Shown in pieces: positions 28,601 to 41,462 of a stretch of 64,000 nucleotides of DNA (position 1 is its first letter; each line of letters begins with the position of its first letter). This DNA is from Lingula anatina (taxonomy: Eukaryota > Animalia > Brachiopoda): assembly GCA_051362555.1 (NCBI GenBank), contig CM120641.1, forward strand, positions 22,320,001 to 22,384,000. The letters are read 5' to 3'. Position numbers and translations under genes: made by a program. The notes under the pieces are model-generated. The model made no database searches. It was given only the letters and a program-made list of their open reading frames with translations, and had not been told where the DNA came from.

Positions 28601-31600
28601 ACTTGTTGAAAAGGAGGGGGGGTGCCTACTCCTATATGTTTTGGAACGTATTCAGAACAGCAGACTACTAGTAACGAATCTGCAGATCTATCAAATATGA
28701 CAACCCACTAAAAAGCTTGTGCTTAATTTCTGACACTGAATAGATTCCCTTTCACAACAAGCATTCAAGTGTGTTGGCCATATCTGATCCGTGGATCTGT
28801 CAGTCTGCTGTTTTGAATGCATTCTTGTACATATCTGGGTTTTCTACATCAGAAATGTACAAGACTAAACAGAGCATTAGGCTACTAGCGCCCCAACAAC
28901 AAAATTTTGTTTTTTCTAAAACCCATACCTTTGACAAGTGTGATTTTCTGATTAAATTGTATTCTCAAGTAAGCCTATATTGTACAGATTATATCATCCC
29001 TACGCCATCCTGGTTGTAATAAAGGTTAACTTCTCTTTATTTTCCCCCCAAGTTGAATGTGATAAACAGATTTCTCAATTAGGAACTAAGGTGAAACCAC
29101 CCCTTCCACCCACATAGATCATAATCAAATCAGAAAGTTGGCAAAATGTGTAGGTGACATTGATCATTATATTAAAATGGATCTCATTAACCTTCTTCAG
29201 AAAACATGTCTTCAAGTTAGACACTGTAGGGGAGACTTGAGATCTATCCCTATTAACTAAAGCTGTCTTCAGTCTGTTTAACTGCAAATGGCTTTGTGTT
29301 ACGTGGGCAGTTTATGGCTAGTGTCTATATTGTCAATATAGCTCTTCTGAAATGAAAGAAACCAAAGAAATGAACACAGTCCTACATTTATCTCTATCAC
29401 TTTCCTTTGAAGCATTGGCTTCTCATTTATAGTTGGCTTCATCTTCCATCAGTCACCAGTGATATCTCTGCCAATCCATACCTCACTACCATTAGTATTG
29501 AACCAGTGCTGTTGTAATACACATTCCCACCGACAGATATGATGTACCTAGCACTATAAAATACTAGCTGTTAGATCCAGGAAAAGACTTTTGTTGACTT
29601 GACCAAAATAGGAAAGGAAAGGGAGTTTTTTTTTCTCCCCCAGAAATGTGGACCTATGTGCCCCTTAGTTGACATAACGCTAGAAAAGGCTTAAAATCGA
29701 CATCAAATTTTGATTCAAAGAAGACAATTTTGGGCCAAAAGATTGGTTCTTTATACCCCCCTTCCTCAAACCCCATCCTAGGTAAAAAATATTCCATTAT
29801 ATATAGAGTTCCTCCCACTGAATCAAAACACAACTCTCCAGTGATAATCATCTGCTCTGGTCCACTGCAATGTTCGAGGAGGACTGACCTATTTCCTTGA
29901 TGCACTTATCTGATTGTGGACTTTTTATATGGTTGTGGAGGATGGGCTATTACCAAAGAAACTTAACTCTCATCATGAACTTCTCAGATGTTTACAATCT
30001 AAAACTATTAGTAAATGCAGTAAGAGTTAAGAATATACATTTAACAGTTACTGGTTACAAACTTATCCTAAAAAAACAACCAGGAATTATGTGAACTTAT
30101 ATTATCAACTATTAATTCAAGTCCAAGGTTGCTGTTTAAACAAATATTATCTTCATTTCAGGTGATAGGTCAGGCAAAAGATGCCCTGTTCCCAAACATA
30201 TCAAGAGAAATTTGTTAGTGTAAACATAGAGTTCTTGTAATAGCAGGAGTTTACATTTCAGAGTTAAATTGTTAGGGTTCAGAGATGCTTATCATATTAA
30301 TTATATAATTTTACATGAAAAACTAAAACAAATCGGGTGCATATATTCTGTTCAACAAGATAAAAATGCAAAGTCATAGTCATTATAACCTCCCAAGATA
30401 AGACCAAGCAGAGGTTTTATTATCACCTCAGTATGATGAACTGGCTACAATTCAGAAGGGACTAACTAACCATTGCTCTCTGATGACTTTGTATGTACTC
30501 CCATAAAAAATATGCAATTGATGAGGCTTAATACATTATTCAACGCGTGATCTTAACTTCTATCTTGAAGGTCAATTCTTTAAACTACATACTGGATTAT
30601 CTGGGTTAATAAGGAGAGCATATCAAAACTTTGGCCAAATACTTAGTTAACAGAACCGTATTCAATCAAATGTATGACCAGGACCAGTGCTCTGTTCAGA
30701 TCAATGGCATGCAAACTGAGCAGTCATTTGAAAAACTAAGTAGGCAGGTACAAGATGGGAAGTACACAGAACACAGCTGGCATCCAGTGCAGCTGATATA
30801 AAATCTGCCTTTCCTTGCAATTGGGGATTCATATCATGATTGTAAGGCTGGGAGTTAGAAAATAAGCCTCAGGACCCATATTATATACACGAACCTCCCT
30901 TAACCTTAACCAAGAAATGATCCAAGTGACCATCAGTTGTAAAATGGACCTAAGGGTTATTAAACACATGAATCACCCCTGACCACCACCAAGCCTGACC
31001 CAACTGGGGAAAGGGGGAAATTATAGCTCACTTCAACCAATGTCCATCACATGAAGTACCAAGAATAAGAGTAACAAAAAAGATTTTGTGTGGGCATCAA
31101 ATACAGTGCTGTAAGAGAGATGGTCAAAGGAATATGTATTGTGCATATCACAATGTAGAGATTGTGTTACTAGATGGTCTTGGGTCATAGCCTTGTAGAA
31201 AAGAGCTATAAAGAAAGACAAAATATATAAAGGAATTTATTTCAACAATTTGGAGTGCTTCTATATTTCTACACCATTTCAAGCCAGACGAGCTCAAAAT
31301 ATCAGTTGCTTATAACTACCAAGTTCATTCAACATATTAGCCAACATCACAGACTATTCTCATTATTTTGGACAATATTATAGACCGTTCTCATTATTTT
31401 GGGAAATAGTTACTATAAACTGTGTTCATTATTTAAGATGATAATACAGACCATTCTCATTATTTTATAATTCACTGAGACTTGAAAACAATACAAGGCT
31501 CAGTGGTCTGTCATCTACAACTTCTTTCTAGTTGTAATACTATTTTGATAAATAGATTCTTAGATAGGAAAGCACATAAACATGCACACGCACAAGTTTA

Positions 31601-34600
31601 GTTCTAATGTGTAACATATATTCATCAACTCTTTGGCCTAAAAACAGTCTACAATTAGAGATTAAGAGAACAATTTAGGGTATGGGAAGTCACAAGTTAC
31701 TTTATTTCCTCACGAGATGGACAGTCAGATAGCCACTTTGATTCCCATTAAGTCATGACACAGCCTTTCATACCTGACACCGCCCACTTCACCATTACTG
31801 TACAAGTAATGCACTGTCCAAACAAGCACGATTGGAACATCTGACCCAAATCATTGATAATTAGGTCAATTTGATTAGAATATTGTATGCATGTGTTTAC
31901 AGTACGACATGTAAAAATCTTGCCTGTGCTCCAGTTATATTGACACTTTGCAAATAATTGTAAAACAGAGCTAAATGTTCTTTTCCTTTCACTTGACCAC
32001 CTTCAGCAAGCTGTACATGACACACAATTCACATGCCACACTGCAAACATTTCTTTTTTTTTTTTTTTCTACAAAAAGAAGCAAAGCAATGACTAGAGGT
32101 CAAAGACAAGAACCAACATTGATAGGAAATGTAGAATGTGCTGACATGGGAGAAAAAAATGTCTCAGAAAACCCTAAGCTGAAGAGTACAAATGAAGCAA
32201 ACATAATGGAAATCTTTTTTTTTCTTTTTACTGTGTAGTAAAATACAGCACTAATGAGACAGAGTACATGTCAACTGGTGATGAGCTTTTCTTTACTTCT
32301 TGTCATGGACAAGATAATGATTTGATTTGGATATGGGTACTTAAAGATCACAATGTGTGAATATTTCTTTATTATTGCAGACTTACCCTTGGGCACCATT
32401 CCGACTGCTAAACATTTCTCATAGCGGCATCTCTGGCACTGGGTGCGAGTTGCTCTCATAATTTCACAGTTGTTATTCTTGGTACAAACATATTTATTAG
32501 ATTCTCCTTGGCAACTCCTGATGAAAAATTTCTAGAAAAAAATAAAAAACAAATGACTTTATTATCAATTTTTTATAATATCTTCACTGAATAATAATAA
32601 AATCAAACAAAACAAATTTTATTGAAGACAAAAATGCTTTTGAAATAACTTTTTAGCAGTAAGTAAACTTTGACAAGTGATTCTAAAATACTGCAAAGTT
32701 GGATTGACCTATGTAGATTGATAGTTTCAATGGGAAAGAGCCCTTCTATGTGATTGTGTGAACAATCTTACATCTTGTTTTAAGCATGTAATTGGAAGAC
32801 AAACAGTTTATTGATCTGATTTAGAATCAAAGGATTATATACCAGGGCTAATACTAAATAGTAAGATGCCCCTTAAAACATTCAATGAATACTTTGTGAC
32901 TGTGATCTACTGAATTGTCTCCATTATACTATGACTGCCTGACTAAAATATCAACTGATATATGTAGGTCAACAAATATAGCTTTTTTTACCTAGCTGCT
33001 GCTGTAATAAACTACTGCAGAAAGGTTGTGCACATGCACAATTGGGGTTACTCTACCATGGGCAATGGCTGCCAATTGAGGAAACCAAATCAATCTGACT
33101 AATAAATTGAACTGAGCCAATTGAATACAATAACATCAGGCACCTGCAGTTGAGAAAAGGAAAGCTAGCTGGGAATAAGTTAGTTAGTTAAGTAAAGTAA
33201 CTGGATAAATAGAGGCAATGATACCTAATCATATGTATAACATGGCAAGAATATCAGATTTACTGCAGTGAATTCCAGTTGGAACTCTTCTCTGTTTCCA
33301 AAAGCAATATGTACACTTTGCACTCCAGTTTTCTCTTTATGTACTTACATTCAAATAGGTAATAACACAATTACTTAGCAAGTGCCCTTCCACTGACAGG
33401 TGTGGGGAAGAACATAAAACCCACTACTTAGGCTAGGACTGGCAACTGGACTATAAGGCAACCTTGCAAGTAAGCCCTCAGTGAACATACAAACCAAGTC
33501 ATGTTATTAAAGATCCAGGTAAAAACCTAGCAAAATTCTAAATTATGGTTTCTGAGTTTACAAAGGATTGTTACTTTATTATCATTTCTGTTCCAGTACA
33601 CCTTGTAACCTGCCTATAAAGAAATTACATGCAGGAACCAACCAACCACCCTCAATAATATGCTTATCATCATAACATATTTATACCATAAATATTATAC
33701 TGGTATTAGAAAATATGCTGGCAGCTAGTCTGTTCAAGGACATGGAGTCTTTTTCATTCCTTTAACTCAGAAATGTTACTGTCTGCTCCTCTGTTGCTTT
33801 TCTCTCTTCTTGTGCCGTGGATGCAAACAAATTGTGGCTCGTCAATAAAAAAGCTAGAGCTAATCATTTTCCTGTTAGTTATTGCCATTGAATATTGGGC
33901 GGCTTAAAATATATTCAGTGAAGTATGTGAAGCATTCACAACACTATAGAAGTAATGCCTGTAATGGAGACTTGCAATCGTGGCCCCTGCTAAGTAAAGC
34001 CTTTGAAGTATAAAAATCAATTTTCATGAGAACTAGGCCACCCAGGGAAGCATAGAGCAATGTACAAATAGCAGAATAACTAGCACATTTTGATTATAGA
34101 TATGGATAAGGCAGCACCAATTCTATATCATCATTTAGCTTATCCCTTAATGCTGTAAATCTTTAAATTATAAGAAACCTGGTGGCTTGTGAAGGTTCCT
34201 GACACTTAGCCATCAGAATTCCATGTGTTGTTTAAATCAAATGAACTGTTGCCATGGGGATGAGGGACAGACAACTTTTTCACCTATAGCCACCATGTAA
34301 GATTAGCTTTGCCAACATGATTCAGAAATATATGAATGTTATCAATCAAGTCCAGGTAATAAATTTAAGAAATAACCTGACTAATTAGCACTAACAGACT
34401 AAATCGCCTTATCATTTTAACAAGATTAACGGAGTATTTACTGTAGCAGTATATCCCTTCATAAGAGACATTTTCTGAAACCCTTCCACACTGCAAAATC
34501 AGTAACATTAGAGTTCTCTCAAGCATGTCATTCAACTGTTCTCTTGGCTATCCACATTGAAGACAACAACAAAAAAAATCCCTTCACAAAAGGCAAAGTT

Positions 34601-35908
34601 CAAACCAAAGTATTTCAACATTAGGCCCTTCATTACTTCTGACAGAGGGGAATTGTTTCCAGTAAATCATTGAAAAGGTCAGAAGTGAGATAGAGGATCA
34701 GAGACATGTGCAGATATGGCACCTAAGCTTTCTTTACGTCAAAAGCCAGCCATTTTGTAGATGCGATGTTATGTAAATCATGTTGTATATGAATGCTAGT
34801 GAGTAATCTAAAGGTCCTTTGGTGCAACTAACCAACTGAAATGAGCGAATTAGAATTTAGAGCACTGTTGACCTATTTATGGAGGTAAACATGTTATCAC
34901 ATTCATCTTATCAGTGCTTTGTAAATCTATATTATGTACAGAATTATTGGCTTACTGTGAAAAAAATTCTTCTATAAACGAAGAAAATAATAAAATAATA
35001 CTAAATAACAAAAAACAGTATCATGTCCTCCATTTTGTAGGTGAAGTAATATGAACCTGTTTTGGTCAATAACAATGTATTCTCATGATTCAAAATCAAC
35101 AAGTCTGTTCTCTGTAGTACCTGAGTGAACTTTCAAACCAGCAGGACTCATGCTGTGCACCCAGCTTGTTGATTAGCTTACATCAATATGCCCAAATAGC
35201 CCAAGAATCATTTTGACTTGGTGTTAATGATAATAATGCTAATCAGAAAGTGAACCAAATCTACATCTGAAGTGCCGTGGGTCAGTCCAGGACTGTGTGG
35301 GTGGCTAGTGAGGAGAACTGTGTTTGGAAGGTCCTCGTGAACCAGGATTTGGACAGGATGTCAGGCTCTCTCAGGAGGAAGTAATACTTTTTGGACAAAT
35401 GTACAGCCTGCTTTAAAATAACTTTTCAGGCCCGTTTCTCTCCCACTCACCGTCTTATGTTTTTGTTTTTTTTAATCTGAAAAGAGATCCTTACAGATAT
35501 GACAGGACAGTTATTATAAGTAAAGGCAAAGGTTAAATGGCGATTCGTGCACTGCTCTATATAATTTCATACTTATCCTTAGACCCTCTCAACCATACAT
35601 GATTTATACAGTGCTGACCTGACTGTATCTATGCACTCCTGACGAGAAGCAAGGTCTTAATTATTAATGTTTTATAACCCATCTATTTCCATATAAATAC
35701 TTCACTGCTTAATCTCATTTATACATATCTAAACACCCTCAAATCCACATATTTACTGTAGTGTAGTATATATGCATGAATTCTACATTGAATGAATAGT
35801 AGAATACATAACATGTAGCATTCAATGACAGTGGAATTATGCAGGCAAGTTTACAAACATAGATAATATGCCTGTTATCTATTTTATGAAACATTTCAGA
35901 AATTAAGA

Positions 35909-35959
<51 letters not shown>

Positions 35960-38870
35960 TTTCACTTTTTTAAAATTGCTTCTTCTGGAATTTTTTTGAT
36001 GAAAGAACAGAAATGCTTTAACTGTGAGGAAATACCACAAAAACATAGCGTAAATAACTGTCACATGAAAACAAAAACAGCACAATCACTTATCAACCAA
36101 ATGTATTTGTGATCTCTTATACAGTCTTGCTGGCAGTTCCAGGATTTTGCCAAGGGGATATCATACCAGAATAAAAATATGTTTAGCAAAGTCAAAGACA
36201 TGAGTTGACAGTTATTTTACCATCATAATATGTAGGGCACAGAGTGGAAAATGTGCTTGGTTGGTCTTTTTTTTTTTTCTCAGAGGGAGTACTTCCTAAC
36301 TAGCTAAGGATGGGACATGCCATTCCCCCATCTGCCACTGACCCTATGTAATACATGAACCACAGGAACTCTTTATTTATGCTACAACTATTGTTTGCAA
36401 TAATCAGGCATTTGGTTTTCTAAAAGCAAAGCATTTACCTAATACATAAAAAACAGGTGATAACTATATAATATGGAAACTGATATCAAATTTCTCAAAT
36501 TAAAGAAACAGATCATATGAAAGAATGACATATTTGATGCACATGATCATATCCAATACTGTATGACGGTGTACCAGTATATACATGCCATAATCTTTAC
36601 CTTTAAAAATAAGATAATGGCATTATGGTCCATTCAGAGAAGTCAAAACAGATGGAATTAGGTCAGGGTCAAATACAGGTACAGAGTCATATTCTAGTAT
36701 GTTGCAAGGCTGAGACTATTTTGGTACATCACTAACATTGGTTATGTCCTTATGCTTAAGTAAACTTAAAGTAATTGGTAGAATCATTCTGCTTTTTGTT
36801 TCTCTCTCGTTCTCTCTAAGGGGGTGAGGGTAAGTTTTCTTTAGCTGGATTGACCAGCAATTATGTTAAGGTTTATCTTGATATGTTCAACTTTTAAAGA
36901 GCATATTTATATAACTACCCTCTGAGATTTCTGAGATTATTTGATACCTTAATTTAAAGAGGGGTAGGGGGAGAGACTTCTGAACTCTGGTCTATCGTGT
37001 ATTTTCTCTTTCCACCCTGTTATGCTGGATACAATGCAGGACTGTCTTCCTTGATGCTGTAGCATTTCATTAGATAGTCCAGAGAGGTGAGTAATATGGT
37101 TTACTAACTATGGACTAAAGTTAACCTAAGGAAGCCTTAATTGTCATCTATTTTATAAAGATCATAGTCACTTTTCCCAGGAGATTTTATGCACAAGTCC
37201 ATATGTCTTATCACAGAGATCACATAGTAAGACAGTACATTAAAAAAAACAAATAAATTTAATAGAGAGATTTCCTTTTTCACATCAGAAAAAAAATACC
37301 TATTTTCAATGATAAATATTGACACAGCCACTAACACCAGAATGTGCAGTTTTACTTTTATTTTATAACCCCTACAGTTTATCTGTACCTCTGCTGACCA
37401 CTTTATATACCAATATTTTAGAAAACTGATAAGAAATATTATATAATAATGCAGACATAATATTAAAGGATCAAAAATTAAATTAGGGCCTAAGGCACTG
37501 CTTGATACTCTATATACATCACTTCAAAAAATCATCCAAGAAATACAAAATGGCAAACAAAAAATAAAGATATGTTAATATACTATAATTAAGATGCTGC
37601 TCATCATCCATGTGAAAACTGAAATTCACACATTGTTACATACATGTGGCCAGATAGAGCTAACCCTTATTGCTTTCAATTGTGAAGGAAGACAATAAAA
37701 TCCAGAGGGTCACAGAAATCCTTTACAGGCCCTTGTTTAACAATACTTATAGCATACATTTGCAATCAAAACCCCTGCTAGGCGGATATTGATATACAAG
37801 AAAGAACATTCCAATAAATAAAGCATAACATAAAGCAAAGCATATAATATTCTGTTTGTCTTCTATTTACTCAAACTGGTAATGTATGATCACATACCAC
37901 TTCAAATTCCTCCAGGTATAAATATGTTTTTCCTTGGTTAATATCATTAGTGCTTCTTCCTCAATAATGAATTTGTAAGGAAGTAATTTATACTTCAGAG
38001 GAAGCCACCTGAGAGTAGCCACTAAGTGACAACATAAACAATATGGATTTGTATGTACAATAGCATTTCAATATAAGCATCTATATCTACATACAGACAT
38101 TTGTAAACCAAAATTAAGCAGTTAAGCTGTTAGCTGACTACTATTACCACCCAGCTGGCACACACCTTACTTAACCCCACTATGTTGCCTTTTCTCAATC
38201 ACAGAAAATGATGAAAACAAGACTAAAAGGACAACAAACCAGTTGCATTATCTGCGTGAAGTTTACATACCTTACACGCTTCACATGTGATTGCTCCACA
38301 GTGGAAGCCAGAGGAGGTTTCCCCACACACACTGCAGGGGAGAAGCTTCAGGCTTTTCAATCCCATGTCTGAGCCATTTCCCAGTGGGGAGCAGATAGGT
38401 GGGGAGGGTTGTGTGGACGTGGTAGATGTTGGGCTCTGTGGTTCCTCTTTTACTAGATACTGAGGTGACACTGTATCTATGAGCCCATTGGAGTTGTGTG
38501 CAAGGGGAGGGGGACGACTGTGGTCGATTGGTTCGACGACTCCTGCATTCTGTCTGTGAGCGACTGGTGGCTGTGGATGAGAGTTGTCCAAGTCGGTCAA
38601 ATCAGTAACAGTAGAAGGCTCCCCTAAGCCATACGACTGAAGGAATCCGTTGTTGCTGTAGAAATCGTCATCAAAAAGTCCATAATCGTCGTAATCTCCG
38701 TAACTGCCTGGAGGGATGTTTGTTCCTCCGGTGAAATTGTTCATGTTTATATCTAGTCCTTGGTTTGGCAATGTGGCAGAAGAAGTGTTACTTGTTTGGT
38801 AACTCTGACTGTGACTCTGGGGCTGTGGACGCCATGTTGTTGTTAGTTTGTTTTCTTCATAGTGCAACAT
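20298..38870 (-). CDS. Gene A: nuclear receptor with two DNA-binding domains (2DBD-NR), 9 coding exons, 845 aa
   Basis: Exons 38271-38870, 32387-32531, 26416-26534, 25994-26141, 22315-23198, 21862-21985, 21308-21586, 20963-21043 and 20298-20455 total 2538 nt; all GT-AG and phase-consistent. DBD1 P-box CEACKK, DBD2 P-box CEGCKG, T-box-like [12 protein letters not shown] signature FGKKIPGF..EDQI.L, AF-2 LLAEMY. Confidence 0.95.
20963..21043 (-). CDS. Gene A exon 8 (LBD H9), 81 nt
   Basis: tgcag acceptor, gtaagt donor; (S)DLELKEPGKIDQLSAKVSNAFKAYMT; same length as the equivalent gene B exon. Confidence 0.9.
21308..21586 (-). CDS. Gene A exon 7 (LBD H4-H8)
   Basis: (G)FRAIPMEDQICLVRH...IEYPMLCALILLQT; AG acceptor, gtaatt donor. 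Confidence 0.92.
21862..21985 (-). CDS. Gene A exon 6 (LBD H3)
   Basis: APDAQEPEDPYSLDKEGVWKLTTAEIFKNVHCLIKFGKKIP(G); ttttcag acceptor, gtaat donor. Confidence 0.9.
22315..23198 (-). CDS. Gene A exon 5 (CTE/T-box, long Ser/Pro/Gln-rich hinge, LBD H1)
   Basis: (G)[16 protein letters not shown]... continues into ORF 22276..23127; gtatgt donor after LPIKQK. Confidence 0.92.
22610..22752 (-). repeat. Coding CAG/CAA repeat (poly-Gln tract) in the gene A hinge
   Basis: QQQQHLSQERQQLPQPQHQLQQPQRQQQQQQQQQQQQQHQQHQQQQKQ. Confidence 0.9.
25994..26141 (-). CDS. Gene A exon 4 (DBD2 second zinc finger)
   Basis: [49 protein letters not shown](G); tgcag acceptor, gtgagt donor. Confidence 0.97.
26416..26534 (-). 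CDS. Gene A exon 3 (inter-DBD linker and DBD2 first zinc finger)
   Basis: (G)[39 protein letters not shown]; tttcag acceptor, gtaac donor. Confidence 0.97.
26772..27770. repeat. 61-bp minisatellite, ~13 units, interrupted by a MITE (gene A intron 2)
   Basis: Unit CACCTGGTGATGTACTGGGTCAGGTCTACAGAAGACAGTGTAACACAGAGAGTATGAGAG(A/G); CACCTG anchors at 26831, 26892, 26951, 27227, 27288, 27349 ... 27715. Confidence 0.97.
26998..27211. mobile_element. PIF/Harbinger (Tourist)-like MITE, 214 bp, inserted in the minisatellite
   Basis: Imperfect TIRs CACCCCATTTCCATAGATT / AATCTATGGGAATAGAGCC; near-identical copy at 39885..40099; flanks TAA/AAA. Confidence 0.88.
31350..31468. repeat. Degenerate ~31-35 bp tandem repeat (~4 copies)
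   Basis: Recurrent AGAC(T/C)(A/G)TTCTCATTATTTT motif. Confidence 0.7.
32387..32531 (-). CDS. Gene A exon 2 (DBD1 second zinc finger)
   Basis: KFFIRSCQGESNKYVCTKNNNCEIMRATRTQCQRCRYEKCLAVGMVPK(G); T-rich ctag acceptor, gtaagt donor. Confidence 0.97.
35911..35958. repeat. (TTA)16 microsatellite
   Basis: Perfect run; explains poly-Ile ORF 35903..36085. Confidence 0.95.
38271..38870 (-). CDS. Gene A first coding exon (A/B domain and DBD1 first zinc finger)
   Basis: MLHYEENK...LLPCSVCGETSSGFHCGAITCEACK then gtatgt donor; 600 nt. The start ATG is the first in the ORF; not experimentally verified. Confidence 0.92.
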
Positions 38871-39280
38871 TACACGCAGTAAGCCGCTTTTGGCGTTCTA
38901 AATAAATCTACAAACCGTTTTGCTATTGAAAATATCAACATACAGTCAATTTCTTCAGTGCAATACCTTTGCGAATACCTCGATCCCTGGAGCTTGTTGA
39001 GAGAGTCCGAAATTCTTCTGCGCTGCGCTCTGACCCAGAAAACACACAGGATCAACGAGTACCTAGCAATACTGGCTTTGGAGATATCCGGAATCAATAT
39101 ATATTATTGATACCTACTTCACATCAAATAACCCTTCATACAATGCTCTTAGGCAACTTAGGGTATGAAGAAATGAGAGAATATCTCACAACTCTTCTTT
39201 CCACGTTCCTAAAATCGGGTGACAGGAAAATGAAAAGTTTTTAGGTTTCCGTAACAATCTTTATTTTACCATTGCCCTGT

Positions 39281-39460
39281 CACGTGAGCACTACAGTTGT
39301 GGACGTGAATCGTCCTTGGCCTTTGAAACACGAATGAGGTAGAAGCTGTATATACTTCCGAGACCACGACGGTGAAACTCCAGCGCTATATATAACGTGC
39401 GCTTTGTTGACACTTTCAAATGTTCGACGTTTTGTACTGTATACCCCATAATTGACGTAA
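39281..39460 (-). promoter_or_regulatory. Putative gene A core promoter: TATA-like box, bZIP site, E-box
   Basis: TATATATAA at 39387..39395, TTGACGTAA at 39452..39460, CACGTG at 39281..39286, in a CpG-richer patch ~0.5 kb upstream of the ATG. Confidence 0.4.
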
Positions 39461-39884
39461 TTCATTGTCTTTGAAGGGGGGGGGGGATAAATTCAGGGTA
39501 ACAAAAACAAGATTTTTTTATACCCGTATATTTTTATGTAATTGTGTTATTATTATTTATTAAATATAGTAAGATGTAAATTCCGTGACCCGATGATTGT
39601 ACCTCAGGTGTGAAAGTGTGTTATCAATAAAAATTCATTCATATGGTGAAAAGCAGTGAGGGAAAACTGCCCTCCACGATCTTCCATCAAGGAGTTCCAG
39701 TTAAAACTTGTTTCTATGAATGATTTACTGTAGATACCACCCAAACATATCTGGCTAATTAAATTTTTTTTAAAAGTTGTGGATTAATTTTTCAGACGAG
39801 GCATTTTTTCTCTAAACATTGCCATGGTCATGGCTGAACACACAGTACATGAATACGAATTACATGAAAAGACCAAAAGTACTA

Positions 39885-40099
39885 CACCCCATTTCCATAG
39901 ATTAGATCGACCTACTTTAGATCGACCTAACTCCCTGGGGGTTCACGCTAAATAGCTGTCAGCCGGGTGGACACGAAAGTTAATTACCCCCTTACAGCTT
40001 GTAGTAGGCGGGACGGACATTTAAGTCGGATTATCTGAAAGTAATCTAGTGAGACTACCCGCGGGGATTGATCGATCTAAAATCTATGGGAATAGAGCC
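39885..40099. mobile_element. PIF/Harbinger-like MITE, 215 bp, with 3-bp TSD CTA
   Basis: Copy of 26998..27211; CTA at both 39882..39884 and 40100..40102. Confidence 0.9.
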
Positions 40100-40101
40100 C
40101 T

Positions 40102-40353
40102 AGTTACAACACGAGTCATCCACTGCATGTGACATACAATAGTGAAATTATATCGAGGTGCAGCCGAGATACAATTTGCTTTTGTATGTCACATACAGTG
40201 GACGAAATATTAAATAGTTGCAACTGACTTATGCCATGGCTGGCGCTTCAAACAATAGGATAAATGCACCGAAGCATATGAAAATACAGACAAGCCTGCA
40301 TGTGAAATACAAGCACAATTATCCTATTGTTAGAAGTGCCATGGTATAAGTTA
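40102..40353. mobile_element. Two adjacent short foldback (MITE-like) elements
   Basis: 40102..40225: TCCACTGCATGTGACATACAA / TTGTATGTCACATACAGTGGA with AGTTACAAC / GTTGCAACT ends. 40225..40353: ACTTATGCCATGGC..AACAATAGGATAA / TTATCCTATTGTT..GCCATGGTATAAGT. Confidence 0.65.
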
Positions 40354-40796
40354 CTCTTATTTTGTGCAAATGAATGGCAAGGAAAACTTGGCCTACCAGT
40401 ACTGTAGTTTCGTTAATGATTGAAAACCCCTAATTTTTTACGCAAATTAATAATGTACTTGGATGTCTCTTCACACAAACACACTATGTGTGTGTGTATA
40501 TATGTGTGTGTATATATATATATATATATGTCTGGGATACTGGGTAACAGTTGAAAGTCTGTCAATATATTCCCATGGGTTGGATTACAATGGGGGTGCT
40601 TTTATGTGATAGGGGGTGTATTTGTCTTATTATACCACAAATTTTTGTTTCCAAACATTGCTGTGTATTTTAAACCTTTTTAATTCTTAGCCAAAAATTA
40701 CACTTAAACAACACTTTAATCTGGGGCACAGATATACCAGCCTGTTTTGCAGCTGTATATTATGGAAAAGATAGTATTGTCATATATGTATATATG

Positions 40797-40801
<5 letters not shown>

Positions 40802-40853
<52 letters not shown>

Positions 40854-40859
40854 TTTTTT
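40802..40859. repeat. (TA)n followed by poly-T
   Basis: Read directly. Confidence 0.95.
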
Positions 40860-41462
40860 GTCATATCGGGGATCATTCACGGCACACACACTAGAGAAAA
40901 ACAAAAATTGCTCTTTGTTGCAAATTTTGATGGGTGTTGAAAATGGATTGTTGTGTGTTACTATCACGTCGGTTTTCAACTTCAGTACAAAGTATTGTCC
41001 CCCATGTACATGAACTATACATATCGTTCAATTTTGGAATTTTAAATATCTGAAGTACACTCTGCTTTTCTTAAAACAACAATGTATTATGACCCAGTTG
41101 TGTTTAGTGTCCTCCATTCAATTGTTTGTGGCGTAAAGAGTGGAGATTTCCACTGATAACATAATGAGCTGGTCACGTGAATATAAAATGAGACCAATTA
41201 GCTATATCCAGTCCCCACATTTTGGCATGTAACTCATGAAAAACTACTTAATGTCATCGCTGTTTAACTGCGGATTCAGGATGGCAGGGAGCTTTCCCAA
41301 ATCTGCTAAGTGAAGTGCACTCTTTCCTGATAATCCTTTTTATGTGGTTAATGTTACATTTTCCAAAATGTATGAATACGAAGCAAAAAACAACGCATAT
41401 TCTAAGTGGAAAGCATGCTCATAAGAGGGGCCACGCATATATATATATATATATTCAATTTT

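Noticed and set aside
38870-39097. Upstream ORF whose TAA overlaps the gene A ATG (TAATG)
   Set aside because: Begins at TTG rather than ATG and has no coding features; likely chance.
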